Below are positions 10,473 to 19,307 of a DNA stretch of 64,000 bases, in pieces. The notes under the pieces are model-generated. The model was not told the origin of the DNA. It did no database searches and worked only from the letters and a program-made list of their open reading frames with translations. The DNA lies in assembly GCA_029560465.1 (NCBI GenBank), contig JAKQKX010000090.1, positions 8,189 to 72,188 on the forward strand, in the 5' to 3' direction. The translations under genes and the position numbers were made by a program. Positions within the stretch are counted from its first letter, which is position 1, and each line of letters opens with the position of its first letter. This DNA comes from Candidatus Omnitrophota bacterium (lineage in GTDB: Bacteria > Omnitrophota > Gorgyraeia > Zapsychrales > JANLHA01).

Positions 10473-11795
10473 TTAAGAATTTTGAGCGTTTTCGTACGGC
10501 TGGACGCATTCTGAACAACCGGAATCTTCCAGAAAAACCCTGTCCGAGAGTTGAACTGACGGAGATTGCCGCTGAAATCCCTGGTTTTGCAGATACGCTT
10601 CTGACAGTGTTTGGCGCGAACTTAATAAAGAAAGCGCCTGATACCGGGATAAATCCGCATTCATGAGAACAGCCCCTGACAGGACACCCTCCCTGACGTA
10701 AAATTTTTGATAAGAACCTGTTGCCTCATCCGAGCGCAGGTAGACCTCATCCGTCGGCCCTGGATGCGGGGCTGTGTGGCCCAGCAAGCTCAACTGAAAT
10801 CCCGGCCAGGAGATTTCCGCCCGGGGGACAACCGGTTGTGACGGCACATCTTTCTGAAGGATGAAAGAAGCCACGGCCTCGCCCTGCGCTTGCAAGAAAT
10901 CATCACAACTGTTGTAAGAAGCCGCCTGAACGGAAACCAAACCCTCTCCCCGGCCAATCATAAAAATATTCGGGGACACAGAAACACCCTTTCCCCGCGC
11001 GGCTGAAAAAGCCCCGTTCACGAAAAGCTCGGTATCTTTAAATAAACGGTAATCAGGGAGTTGCGACTCCAAAAGGATCATCTGGGCACCGAGGATTTTT
11101 CCGGACTGCAAACGCGCCGCCTTCACGTCGCTGTCACCCAGGACTTCCGTAATAGAATTCCCCAAAAGAACCCGGATCCCTTTCTTCTCCAAAATCTCGG
11201 CGATCTTCACGGAAATTTCCGGTTCCACAAACGAGGATAACACCCGGTCTTGGGAAGAGATCCAAATAACCTCTTTATCCCAGGCGGACAACGCCCCCGC
11301 CATCCTCATGCCGTTCCAAGAGTCCGCCTGAATCAGCACCGTATCCACGCAAGGTAACTGTTTTAACGCCGCCTTGATATGGTCCAGCCGGTTTATAAAC
11401 AAAAAGCCATTACGGCTGGCCCCTTTGATATCCTCCGGAGCGAGCCACCCGTATTCGTCAATCAAACAATAATCAAACGGAAGCACCTCTTTATCTTCCA
11501 TGGTCAGTCGCTGGCGCTTGAAACTCACACGCGCGATTTTTTGAACGCACACCTGGGCGTTCAACGTTTCATAGCAAGAAACCGGGGCGCAATAAGATTG
11601 CTCAACAGGCACCGCCTTGGCGAGGACATCGGGCAAGACACCCCGCCGATAAGGGTATTCCCCGTCTCCCGGGACAAAAACCACCCGGCCCTGAAACCCC
11701 TCCCGGCGCAAGGTTTGCAAGCAGGCAAAACCCGCCGGGCTATTTCCCAATATAACAAGCTCTTTCATCCCAACCTTTATACGGGTGAAGATCAC
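10473..11795 (-). CDS. divergent pyridine nucleotide-disulfide (FAD/NAD) oxidoreductase family homolog with degenerate dinucleotide motifs
   Basis: The N-terminus resembles Pyr_redox_2 proteins (KELVILGNSPAGFACLQTLRREGFQGRVVFV...EYPYRRGVLP). The first Rossmann motif is GxSxxG rather than GxGxxG, and no clear second NAD(P)-binding GxGxxG is present. The true start may be MKELV at about 11768. Confidence 0.55.
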   Translation of the reverse strand: MIFTRIKVGMKELVILGNSPAGFACLQTLRREGFQGRVVFVPGDGEYPYRRGVLPDVLAKAVPVEQSYCAPVSCYETLNAQVCVQKIARVSFKRQRLTMEDKEVLPFDYCLIDEYGWLAPEDIKGASRNGFLFINRLDHIKAALKQLPCVDTVLIQADSWNGMRMAGALSAWDKEVIWISSQDRVLSSFVEPEISVKIAEILEKKGIRVLLGNSITEVLGDSDVKAARLQSGKILGAQMILLESQLPDYRLFKDTELFVNGAFSAARGKGVSVSPNIFMIGRGEGLVSVQAASYNSCDDFLQAQGEAVASFILQKDVPSQPVVPRAEISWPGFQLSLLGHTAPHPGPTDEVYLRSDEATGSYQKFYVREGVLSGAVLMNADLSRYQALSLLSSRQTLSEAYLQNQGFQRQSPSVQLSDRVFLEDSGCSECVQPYENAQNS

Positions 11796-12670
11796 CCTTG
11801 TGTCTGCAGTTTAAACGCTTCCAGCCCGTTACGCATGAGCATCATCACCGTCACGGGCCCGACGCCTCCCGGGACCGGCGTGATGAAAGAAGCACGCTCT
11901 TTAGCCGTTTCAAATTCAACGTCCCCGACAATATTTTCCCCAACCTTATTAATGCCCACATCAATCACGACCGCTCCGTCCCGAACCCATTCCCCTTTGA
12001 TCAGCCCAGGGCGGCCAGCCGCGACAATAAGGATATCCGCCCTCCCCACATGGTCCGGGAGATGCCCCGCCTCACTGGTCGCGATGTGGCACACTGTGAC
12101 CGTAGCCATTTCTTTTAAAAGCAACAGGCTAAGCGGTTTGCCGACGATATGTGAGGCCCCCACAATAACGGCTTCTTTCCCGCGCAACGGCTGGCCCGTA
12201 AATTTTAAATGCTCCATAACCGCCGCCGGCGTACATGGGATCAGCCGCGTTTCGCCCAACAGCATCTTACCGATATTCGCGACATTGATCCCTTCCAGGT
12301 CCTTCCTCACATCCAGGCAATTGGCCGCTCCCTGGTAATCAATATGCTCCGGAAATGGCTTATGAATCATGACCCCATTCACCGAAGGGTCATCGTTGAG
12401 CCGCCGGATGCAGGCTTCCAGCTCTTCCTGGCCGGCTTCCCTCGGCAGCATTAAAAGGTCGTATTGAATCCCGGCCTGCTGGGCAACCCGTTTCTGCGAC
12501 CGGGCGTAGGCGCACGCTCCCGGAGCTTCCCCCATCATAATATTGACCATCCGCGGCACGCGTCCCTGCTGTTCCCGCAAACGGGAGACTTCCTCCTGAA
12601 TCTGTTCTAGCAAATCCTGCGCCAGAGAGCGCCCATCAAGGATGTGGGGTGCGGGCATAACGCGTTCCAT
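11792..12670 (-). CDS. folD: bifunctional methylene-THF dehydrogenase / methenyl-THF cyclohydrolase
   Basis: FolD motifs (PGGVGPVTVMMLMRN, VIVGASHIVGKP). Confidence 0.9.
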   Translation of the reverse strand: MERVMPAPHILDGRSLAQDLLEQIQEEVSRLREQQGRVPRMVNIMMGEAPGACAYARSQKRVAQQAGIQYDLLMLPREAGQEELEACIRRLNDDPSVNGVMIHKPFPEHIDYQGAANCLDVRKDLEGINVANIGKMLLGETRLIPCTPAAVMEHLKFTGQPLRGKEAVIVGASHIVGKPLSLLLLKEMATVTVCHIATSEAGHLPDHVGRADILIVAAGRPGLIKGEWVRDGAVVIDVGINKVGENIVGDVEFETAKERASFITPVPGGVGPVTVMMLMRNGLEAFKLQTQG

Positions 12671-12675
12671 CCGTT

Positions 12676-13164
12676 TTATTCCTGGTTAACTCTGACATTG
12701 ATCATGGCGGCCTTAAAAGCCGCCAAAAGAAATTCCCCTGCGACAGCCACGTCACTCAACAAATAAGGGCTCCCTTTTTCAACAAGCGGCGGCAGGAGAT
12801 CCAACGCTTCATAACAAAGCCGGGCGACGTCCAGGGGAACCCGGCCGGCCTGTCGAAGAGCCGCCCTTTTTCTTGACAAAGAGGCTTTTCGGGTCTCGAC
12901 CACCTGTAAATACGCCTGGGCATCCTGATCCACCAAGACTTGCAATCTGCCACGGATCCGTTCGCTGCTCTTAAGGACCCTCCGGACCAAGGACTCATCT
13001 GCCCGGGGCAAATTTCTCTTCAGGGCATAGTGCGCGGCCATGGAAATCAAAGCCGCCCCGAGCGCCGCGGTCAACGCCGCCGCTGACCCTCCGCCAGGGA
13101 CAGGGCTGTGCGCAGACAGCTGATCCAAAAAAGTTTTAAGGCTCTGAGTCTGATACGATTTCAC
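12676..13164 (-). CDS. cyclodeaminase/cyclohydrolase family protein (formiminotransferase-cyclodeaminase C-terminal domain-like, FchA-like)
   Basis: 162 aa all-helical protein with the SAHSPVPGGGSAAALTAALGAALISM motif typical of the FTCD_C / methenyl-THF cyclohydrolase family. GTG start at 13164 with RBS aggaa. Confidence 0.7.
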   Translation of the reverse strand: MKSYQTQSLKTFLDQLSAHSPVPGGGSAAALTAALGAALISMAAHYALKRNLPRADESLVRRVLKSSERIRGRLQVLVDQDAQAYLQVVETRKASLSRKRAALRQAGRVPLDVARLCYEALDLLPPLVEKGSPYLLSDVAVAGEFLLAAFKAAMINVRVNQE

Positions 13165-13248
13165 GGCTGGTTCCTGATAATATATTGGTGATTTGGGATT
13201 CGACCTAATTTTCTAGACGGGACAAGTCCGAAGTTTATGTACACGTTT

Positions 13249-13277
13249 ATCATAACGTAAACGATTTTTTTTTGCAA
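13249..13277 (-). promoter_or_regulatory. sigma70-like promoter for the fchA-like/folD operon
   Basis: On the minus strand, TTGCAA (13277-13272), a 17-nt spacer, then TATGAT (13254-13249), in a 180-nt AT-rich gap about 80 nt upstream of the GTG start. Confidence 0.4.
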
Positions 13278-13344
13278 TATATGAAATATTTTTTTAGCTT
13301 CCCCAAAAAAAACCGAGGACATGCGGCTTCAAGACTATTTCTTT

Positions 13345-13719
13345 TTATTCTTCCGCCTCAAAGGCATTGGGGATCAGCTCTATTAAAACCGGACCTCCGG
13401 GAGGGATCAGAACCGACACGACATCAAACCTGGACGGCAGGCCATAAAGATTATGATCTTGAAGAAAAACCCGGGCCAGGCGAACCAGCTTCCGCTGTTT
13501 GGAAATGGAAACCGCTTCGCCCGGGCACCCGAAAGCGTCACTGGTGCGGGTCTTCACCTCGATAAAACAGATGGTGGCGCCGTCCCGGGCCACGATATCG
13601 ATTTCCCCCAGGACGCTGCGGACGTTACAGGATAAAATCCGGTATCCGGCTTTTTTCAAATATTCTGCGGCTAAGGCTTCACCCCGGTGCCCCAGCGTAA
13701 CCACGGTTCTTTTCGTCAT
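13345..13719 (-). CDS. yraN: YraN family (UPF0102) predicted endonuclease
   Basis: 124 aa with the GEIDIVARDGATICFIEVKTR motif. Followed on the minus strand by a T8 tract (13303-13310), a possible terminator. Confidence 0.8.
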   Translation of the reverse strand: MTKRTVVTLGHRGEALAAEYLKKAGYRILSCNVRSVLGEIDIVARDGATICFIEVKTRTSDAFGCPGEAVSISKQRKLVRLARVFLQDHNLYGLPSRFDVVSVLIPPGGPVLIELIPNAFEAEE

Positions 13720-14368
13720 GCGCGCTTCTGTAGGTTAAACGGTGAATGGGGGAAAGGCCGTATCGTTTAATGGCATTGCGGTGTTCAACCGTGGGGTACC
13801 CTTTATGTTTCTTAAATCCGTACTGCGGATAAATTTTATCGTAAGCTATCAAAATCCTGTCCCGGACCACTTTCGCCACCACCGAAGCGCAGGCAATGGA
13901 AAGGCTTCGGGCGTCACCGGAAACAATGGTTTTAAAATAATACGGCAGGTCGGTTTTGAAGCGATTGCCGTCCACCAACAGGCAAAGCTGCTTTTTCAAA
14001 AAACCTGGATCCGAAAAATCAGGGGGCAACCGGGACACCATCTGGATAACCGCATTGGCCATGGCCGAGAAGGTCGCGTTGGCAATATTCATCTCGTCAA
14101 TAACGGCGCGGCTGATAATGCCAACGCCAACATACGCTTTCTCATGGATATCATGAAAAGCCCGCTCTCTTTGCAAAGCGGTCATTTTCTTGGAATCCCG
14201 GATCAGACACCGGAAGCGGGATGATCTCAGGACCACGGCTGCTGCGACCACAGGGCCGGCCAAAGGGCCACGCCCGGCCTCATCTAAACCACAAACGAGG
14301 CTAAACCCCATCTGTTTAGCCTCGTTCTCAAAGGACATGCCTGCCACACAGGCATTAAAATTTTTCAT
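13679..14368 (-). CDS. rnhB: ribonuclease HII
   Basis: RNase HII catalytic motif (GLDEAGRGPLAGPVVAAAVVL); classic rplS-rnhB-yraN neighbourhood. The exact start is uncertain. Confidence 0.88.
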   Translation of the reverse strand: MKNFNACVAGMSFENEAKQMGFSLVCGLDEAGRGPLAGPVVAAAVVLRSSRFRCLIRDSKKMTALQRERAFHDIHEKAYVGVGIISRAVIDEMNIANATFSAMANAVIQMVSRLPPDFSDPGFLKKQLCLLVDGNRFKTDLPYYFKTIVSGDARSLSIACASVVAKVVRDRILIAYDKIYPQYGFKKHKGYPTVEHRNAIKRYGLSPIHRLTYRSAHDEKNRGYAGAPG

Positions 14369-14394
14369 AGAAACACAGACTGTGTCATGCCACC

Positions 14395-14781
14395 CTATAC
14401 CTTCTTTTTAACCCGCGCGCGTTTACCAATACGCTCGCGCAGATAATACAATTTAGCCCTGTGAACATCCCCCTTGGCGATCACTTCGATGCTTTCAATA
14501 ACCGGAGAATGAATCGGGAACGTCCTCTCCACCCCTTCTCCAAAAGAAATTTTACGAACGGTAAACGTCCCCGTGAGGCCCCGGCCTGTCTTGCGTATGA
14601 TAAACCCTTCAAAAGGATGGATGCGCACCTTATCCGCCTCTGTGACTTTAATCCGCATTTTGACCGTATCCCCGACCTGAATTTTAGGCAGATCGGTTCG
14701 CAGGTATTTTTTCTCAATCTGCCCTATAATCTCTCCTGTATTCACCTTATCCCCTCCTTTAATACCCCTGTTCCGCACCAA
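14395..14781 (-). CDS. rplS: 50S ribosomal protein L19
   Basis: L19 core (RIHPFEGFIIRKTGRGLTGTFTVRKISFGEGVERTFPIHSPVIESIEV...RAKLYYLR). The true start is possibly downstream of the first ATG. Confidence 0.88.
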   Translation of the reverse strand: MVRNRGIKGGDKVNTGEIIGQIEKKYLRTDLPKIQVGDTVKMRIKVTEADKVRIHPFEGFIIRKTGRGLTGTFTVRKISFGEGVERTFPIHSPVIESIEVIAKGDVHRAKLYYLRERIGKRARVKKKV

Positions 14782-14953
14782 TTCGACAGGGTTTCATATC
14801 TTGACTTCGCCGCGGCCTTTGGCTCCGGATCATCTGGCCCTCGTTGAACAGCTGTCAAACCCCTATTTAAATGATATGCCCGTTCAGATAAATGATGAGG
14901 ATTGTAGCGCAAATCCCGCCCCCTGTCAACCAAGAAAGTTAACCCCGAGGAGA

Positions 14954-15631
14954 TCACCCCTTCAAAAGTTCCGGGCGAATTTTCTTAGTCCGCTTCACGG
15001 CTTGCTCATGGCGCCAACGGGTGATGTCCGCATGGTGCCCCGAAAGCAAAACTTCGGGGACTTTCATGCCCCTGAAATCCGCCGGACGGGTATAGTGAGG
15101 GTATTCCAGCAGCCCTTTTTCAAACGACTCGTCCTCGAGAGACGCTTCCTTGCCTAACACCCCGGGAATAAGACGCGTGACCGCGTCCACCACGGTCATG
15201 GCGGGCACTTCTCCCCCGGTTAAAACATAATCCCCCACAGACAGGCTTTCATCCACCACCGCCTGGCGGACGCGCTCATCCACCCCTTCATAATGACCGC
15301 AAATCAGAATCAAATTCCGCTCCTGGGCCAAGGACCGGGCTTTCTTCTGGGTCAAGGGCGTGCCGCCGGGACACATCAGCAACACCTTCGCCTTCCGGCG
15401 CCCTTTAATCCGCTTAACAGCGTCAAACAGCGGTTGCGGGGTCATCACCATCCCCGGGCCGCCGCCAAAAGGGCGGTCATCCACTTTCTTGTGTTTATCC
15501 CGCGAATACGTCCGGAGGTCATGCACGCGGATCTGCACTTTCTTCTTTTCCTTGGCCCGCTTGATGATAGACTCATTAAAAACCGGCTCAAAGACTGCGG
15601 GGAAGATGGTGATAATATCAAAACGGATCAT
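14954..15631 (-). CDS. trmD: tRNA (guanine37-N1)-methyltransferase
   Basis: SPOUT knot motifs ([24 protein letters not shown]). Start moved to the internal ATG at 15631, preceded by gagg. The ORF-track extension overlaps tgt. Confidence 0.9.
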   Translation of the reverse strand: MIRFDIITIFPAVFEPVFNESIIKRAKEKKKVQIRVHDLRTYSRDKHKKVDDRPFGGGPGMVMTPQPLFDAVKRIKGRRKAKVLLMCPGGTPLTQKKARSLAQERNLILICGHYEGVDERVRQAVVDESLSVGDYVLTGGEVPAMTVVDAVTRLIPGVLGKEASLEDESFEKGLLEYPHYTRPADFRGMKVPEVLLSGHHADITRWRHEQAVKRTKKIRPELLKG

Positions 15632-15638
15632 GAGGACC

Positions 15639-16787
15639 TCATGGATTTGTTTGAGGACTATTATATAACTCCGAACCATACGCACGCAAGAAAGACCGGT
15701 GAAACGCGCTGAAGGTCCCGGCTTCGATCGCCGCGCGGATATCGCGCATGAGCCGGACATAAAAAAATAGGTTGTGATAGGACAAAAGCCGCAGCCCCAG
15801 CATTTCCCCAGCTTTCATTAAATGCCGGAGATAACCGCGCGAATACGTCCGGCAGACAAAGCATTCGCACTCCTCGTCAATGGGCCGTTTATCGTCAATG
15901 TGCTCCGCGTTGAGGATAATGACCCGCCCTTTACGGGTGAACACGGACCCGTGACGGCCGTACCGGGTGGGGATGCAGGTGTCGAACATGTCGATCCCGC
16001 ACGCGACCGCATCAACGATCTGGTCCGGCAGGCCGATCCCCATTAGGTATCTCGGCTTGTCGGCCGGCAACATGGGCTCGACCCAATCCACGGTGTCAAA
16101 CATCAACGGCACAGGTTCCCCGACGCTGACTCCACCGATGGCATAACCGTCAAAGCCGATATCCAACAGGGCTTCCGCAGACCGCCGCCTCAAGTCCTCA
16201 TAAGTCGCGCCCTGAACAATGCCAAACAACAACTGCCGAGACGGGCCGGCCATATGCGCGTCATAATGCGCCCGCGCCCTCCGGGCCCAGAGCGTCGTCC
16301 GTTCCACGGACCGCTCTGCGTCTTTGCGGTCACAGGGATAGGGCGCGCATTCATCCAGAGGCATGATCATGTCCGACCCCAGTCCTTGTTCAAGGGTCAT
16401 CACGTCTTCCGGCGTCAGAAAATATTTCCGGCCATCGATATGGGATTGAAAATGGACCCCCTCATCGGTGATTTTCCTGAACTGCGCCAGGCTGAAGACC
16501 TGGTACCCCCCGCTGTCGGTTAAAATCGGTCTGTCCCACTTCATGAAATCATGCAGCCCATGAAAAGAGCGGATAATATCAAGTCCCGGCCTTAAAAACA
16601 AATGGTATGTGTTGCTCAGCATCAGCTGGGCGCCCATCTCGCGCAATTCTTCAGCGGAAATCCCCTTGACCGTCGCATTGGTGCCGACCGGCATAAAAAA
16701 AGGCGTTTGCAAAATCCCGTGCGCGGTCGCAAGGGTCCCCCGCCTCGCCCTGGTTCCCGTATCTGTCTGCAAAATATTAAACATCAT
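15639..16787 (-). CDS. tgt: queuine tRNA-ribosyltransferase
   Basis: TGT family ([24 protein letters not shown]) with zinc site CxCxxC...H. Start at MMFNILQTD; the 94-aa upstream extension in the ORF track is unlikely to be coding. Confidence 0.9.
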   Translation of the reverse strand: MMFNILQTDTGTRARRGTLATAHGILQTPFFMPVGTNATVKGISAEELREMGAQLMLSNTYHLFLRPGLDIIRSFHGLHDFMKWDRPILTDSGGYQVFSLAQFRKITDEGVHFQSHIDGRKYFLTPEDVMTLEQGLGSDMIMPLDECAPYPCDRKDAERSVERTTLWARRARAHYDAHMAGPSRQLLFGIVQGATYEDLRRRSAEALLDIGFDGYAIGGVSVGEPVPLMFDTVDWVEPMLPADKPRYLMGIGLPDQIVDAVACGIDMFDTCIPTRYGRHGSVFTRKGRVIILNAEHIDDKRPIDEECECFVCRTYSRGYLRHLMKAGEMLGLRLLSYHNLFFYVRLMRDIRAAIEAGTFSAFHRSFLRAYGSELYNSPQTNP

Positions 16788-16801
16788 CGTCCCTTTCCTG
16801 A

Positions 16802-17812
16802 CTAAAGAATCAACATCGCATCGCCGTAACTGTAAAACCGGTACTCCTGCCGGATCGCCTCCCTGTAAGCGCGTTTCATCAAAGTCATCCCGCCAAACGC
16901 GTAAACCAGCATTAACAGCGAACTCTGCGGCAGGTGAAAATTCGTAAGCAAATGGTCCACCGCACGGAAACGGTACCCCGGATAAATAAACAACTCCGTC
17001 GAGCCTTTCAGGGCTCCGCCAGCGGAAACTGTCTCCAAAACGCGGCAGCTCGTCGTCCCGACGGCACAAAGCGCCCGGCCCGTTTCCCGGGCCGCCCGGA
17101 TCTTTTCATAACCGGCCGGTGAAACAGAATAACTTTCCCGGTGCATCTTGTGGGTGGCGACATCCTCTTCCTCAACCGGCTTAAACGTCGCGTAATTGAT
17201 ATGCAGCGTCACGGGGACACATTCGTGCCCCTCTTTTTTCAAACGTTTCAATAGCGGCTTTGTAAAATGCAAGCCGGCCGTCGGTGCGGCAACGGAACCG
17301 GCATGACGCGCATAGACCGTCTGATAATACACCCGGTCAGAGGCTTTGTCCGCCCTCTTGATATACGGCGGCAGGGGCACATGCCCGACGCTAAGAATCT
17401 GCCGGCTGATGTCCGGGCCGCTGAAACGCACGACGCGTTTAAGGACATCCACGACAACCGCCTTCACGGGGCTGCCCGGGAACTGGATCACGTCCCCATC
17501 CTTGATCCGTCGCGTCGGCCTCATTAAAACCTCATAAACCGGTCCCTGCGGGAGCTTCCGTAAAAGGAAGATTTCCACGTTCCCGCCGGAACGCTCCTTA
17601 ACCCCTTTCAACCGGGCCGGGATAACTTTGCTGTTATTCAGCACCAGCACGGACTGGGCCGGCAAATACCGGCTGATATTCTCAAAACGATCATGCTGAA
17701 TTCGTTTCTTAGAACGGTCGATGACCATCAACCGGGCTTGAAGCCGGTCCAGCAACGGCTCCTGGGCAATCAGCGGTTCCGGCAACTCATAAATAAAATG
17801 CTTTAACTTCAT
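16802..17812 (-). CDS. queA: S-adenosylmethionine:tRNA ribosyltransferase-isomerase
   Basis: QueA N-terminus MKLKHFIYELPEPLIAQEP and conserved C-terminal region; queA-tgt adjacency. Confidence 0.9.
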   Translation of the reverse strand: MKLKHFIYELPEPLIAQEPLLDRLQARLMVIDRSKKRIQHDRFENISRYLPAQSVLVLNNSKVIPARLKGVKERSGGNVEIFLLRKLPQGPVYEVLMRPTRRIKDGDVIQFPGSPVKAVVVDVLKRVVRFSGPDISRQILSVGHVPLPPYIKRADKASDRVYYQTVYARHAGSVAAPTAGLHFTKPLLKRLKKEGHECVPVTLHINYATFKPVEEEDVATHKMHRESYSVSPAGYEKIRAARETGRALCAVGTTSCRVLETVSAGGALKGSTELFIYPGYRFRAVDHLLTNFHLPQSSLLMLVYAFGGMTLMKRAYREAIRQEYRFYSYGDAMLIL

Positions 17813-17880
17813 GGCGAATCTTCCTTGAACCTTGCCCGAGGCTTGGGCATAACAGGGATTAGACACCGGCGGGTGATCTC

Positions 17881-19074
17881 TTATTTTAGGGCCTCCAGGG
17901 ATCTCACAGAAACCATCTGGGTTCCCGGATAATAATACATCAATATCTCGTCATACGTATGCTGCTGTTTCGCCATGCCCATCGCGCCCCACTGGCACAA
18001 CCCCACGCCATGCCCCCATCCTTTCCCGATAAAATCGCAATAATATCCTTTCATGACCACGCGATAATCATTACTCCGCAGCTCATTGGGCCCGATGACA
18101 TCCCGGAAAGCTTTCCCGGATATCGAAATCTTCTCACCGTCCCGGCTGGTTATATCCAGCGTCTTAACGCGGCCGGAGAGCGTCCGGTCCCGGACTTCAA
18201 TATTCTTAATAAGGCCAATTTTATATCCACTCTTATTGAGCTTCTCCTGGATAGCCTTCAACTGAAAATTTTTCTTCCAGGAATAATGCGGCGAATGAGA
18301 ACAAAACGGGCAGCGGACCCCTTTCAGGGGATACAAATCATGCTTCCAGACCTCTTTAACATTTTCAGTTGCCCCCCCGCAAGTGGCGTGATAATAAGCC
18401 GGCAGGACTTTCTCTTTAAATATCAGGATCTCTCCCCGGGTCCTCTGAACGGCAAGGTTCGTCCGATAACGCTCCGAGGTTTTCCCGCCGTAAACCTGAG
18501 AATAAATATCATTGGTCATGTCATAATCTTTATTTTTATTTTGCTGAACCTGGTAAATCGCATAGGACCGCACCGCCACGGCCTGGGCCTTGATCGCCTC
18601 TAGAGGCCAGCGATGCGACACTTCATGATACAGAACGCCTTTGATGTATTCCTCCAGGTCGACCGTGTTCACGAATAACAGTCGCCGCTCCGGGGTCAAA
18701 AACACGTCCACAACCCCGCGGTATTTCCGCTCTTGCCTGTCCCGGAACAAGGAAAAATACTCTTGGGGAACAAAACGGATCCTTTTCAGGGGAAAAGACC
18801 TGGCTCCAAGCCGAATCCCGTTCTTCTCGGGAAAAAGGGCCGTCTTCCGCAAGTGGAAACCGCGGTCCAGTTCCCGGGAGGAAAGCGGGTCCATCAGGAT
18901 GTATTCCCCCCGGATCCCGATCGCGGCCTCCTCCGCATCCTTCAAAACGGCGATACGGACCGCAACATCACCCTGGCGGGGCGTCACGGCCCCCCCCCAG
19001 GCCAAGGCGGGGCCGATCACCGCTAAAAAAACAACAGCCATCGTCCGGGAAACCGGCTTCATTCCGACCACCAT
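17881..19074 (-). CDS. SpoIID/LytB domain protein (peptidoglycan amidase enhancer / lytic transglycosylase-like)
   Basis: Signal peptide plus SpoIID domain features (HATCGGATEN, GHGVGLCQWGA). Confidence 0.8.
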   Translation of the reverse strand: MVVGMKPVSRTMAVVFLAVIGPALAWGGAVTPRQGDVAVRIAVLKDAEEAAIGIRGEYILMDPLSSRELDRGFHLRKTALFPEKNGIRLGARSFPLKRIRFVPQEYFSLFRDRQERKYRGVVDVFLTPERRLLFVNTVDLEEYIKGVLYHEVSHRWPLEAIKAQAVAVRSYAIYQVQQNKNKDYDMTNDIYSQVYGGKTSERYRTNLAVQRTRGEILIFKEKVLPAYYHATCGGATENVKEVWKHDLYPLKGVRCPFCSHSPHYSWKKNFQLKAIQEKLNKSGYKIGLIKNIEVRDRTLSGRVKTLDITSRDGEKISISGKAFRDVIGPNELRSNDYRVVMKGYYCDFIGKGWGHGVGLCQWGAMGMAKQQHTYDEILMYYYPGTQMVSVRSLEALK

Positions 19075-19078
19075 GATT

Positions 19079-19285
19079 TTAAGGCCTCCTGATCAACATT
19101 AAAATAACCGTTAACAAGCCGCTGAGCAGAAGGCATGTCGTTAACGGCGCATAAAACGTAAAGTTCCCTTTCTTGACGACGATATCTCCCGGAAGCCGCC
19201 CGAGCCCAGGGACCTTTTCGAAGATCAACGCCAAGAGGCCTGCCAGGAAGAAGCACGCTGCGGCAAAAAACAATATCCGTGCCAT
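19079..19285 (-). CDS. small two-TM membrane protein, DUF2905-like
   Basis: 68 aa with two hydrophobic helices flanking PGDIVVKKGNFTFYAPL. Tightly packed between the SpoIID-like gene and ruvB. Confidence 0.6.
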   Translation of the reverse strand: MARILFFAAACFFLAGLLALIFEKVPGLGRLPGDIVVKKGNFTFYAPLTTCLLLSGLLTVILMLIRRP

Positions 19286-19307
19286 GAAAGGATCCTGCCT
19301 CCGGGGA

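Noticed and set aside
13200-13240. tRNA/tmRNA-like motif aggtcgaatcccaaatcacca on the minus strand
   Set aside because: No acceptor stem, D-arm or anticodon arm can be folded around it. A 180-nt spacer is too short for tmRNA or RNase P RNA. Kept only as a low-level note inside the intergenic finding.
15632-15760. N-terminal extensions in the ORF track for trmD (to 15760), tgt (to 17069), queA (to 17866), trpS (to 22186), proS (to 27868), kdsD (to 44498), lptC/A-like (to 43074), coaE (to 6980), prmC (to 3614), pilD (to 63768)
   Set aside because: Conserved family N-termini and upstream RBS-like sequences point to internal ATG starts. The extensions overlap upstream genes and reflect absence of in-frame stops, not coding sequence.
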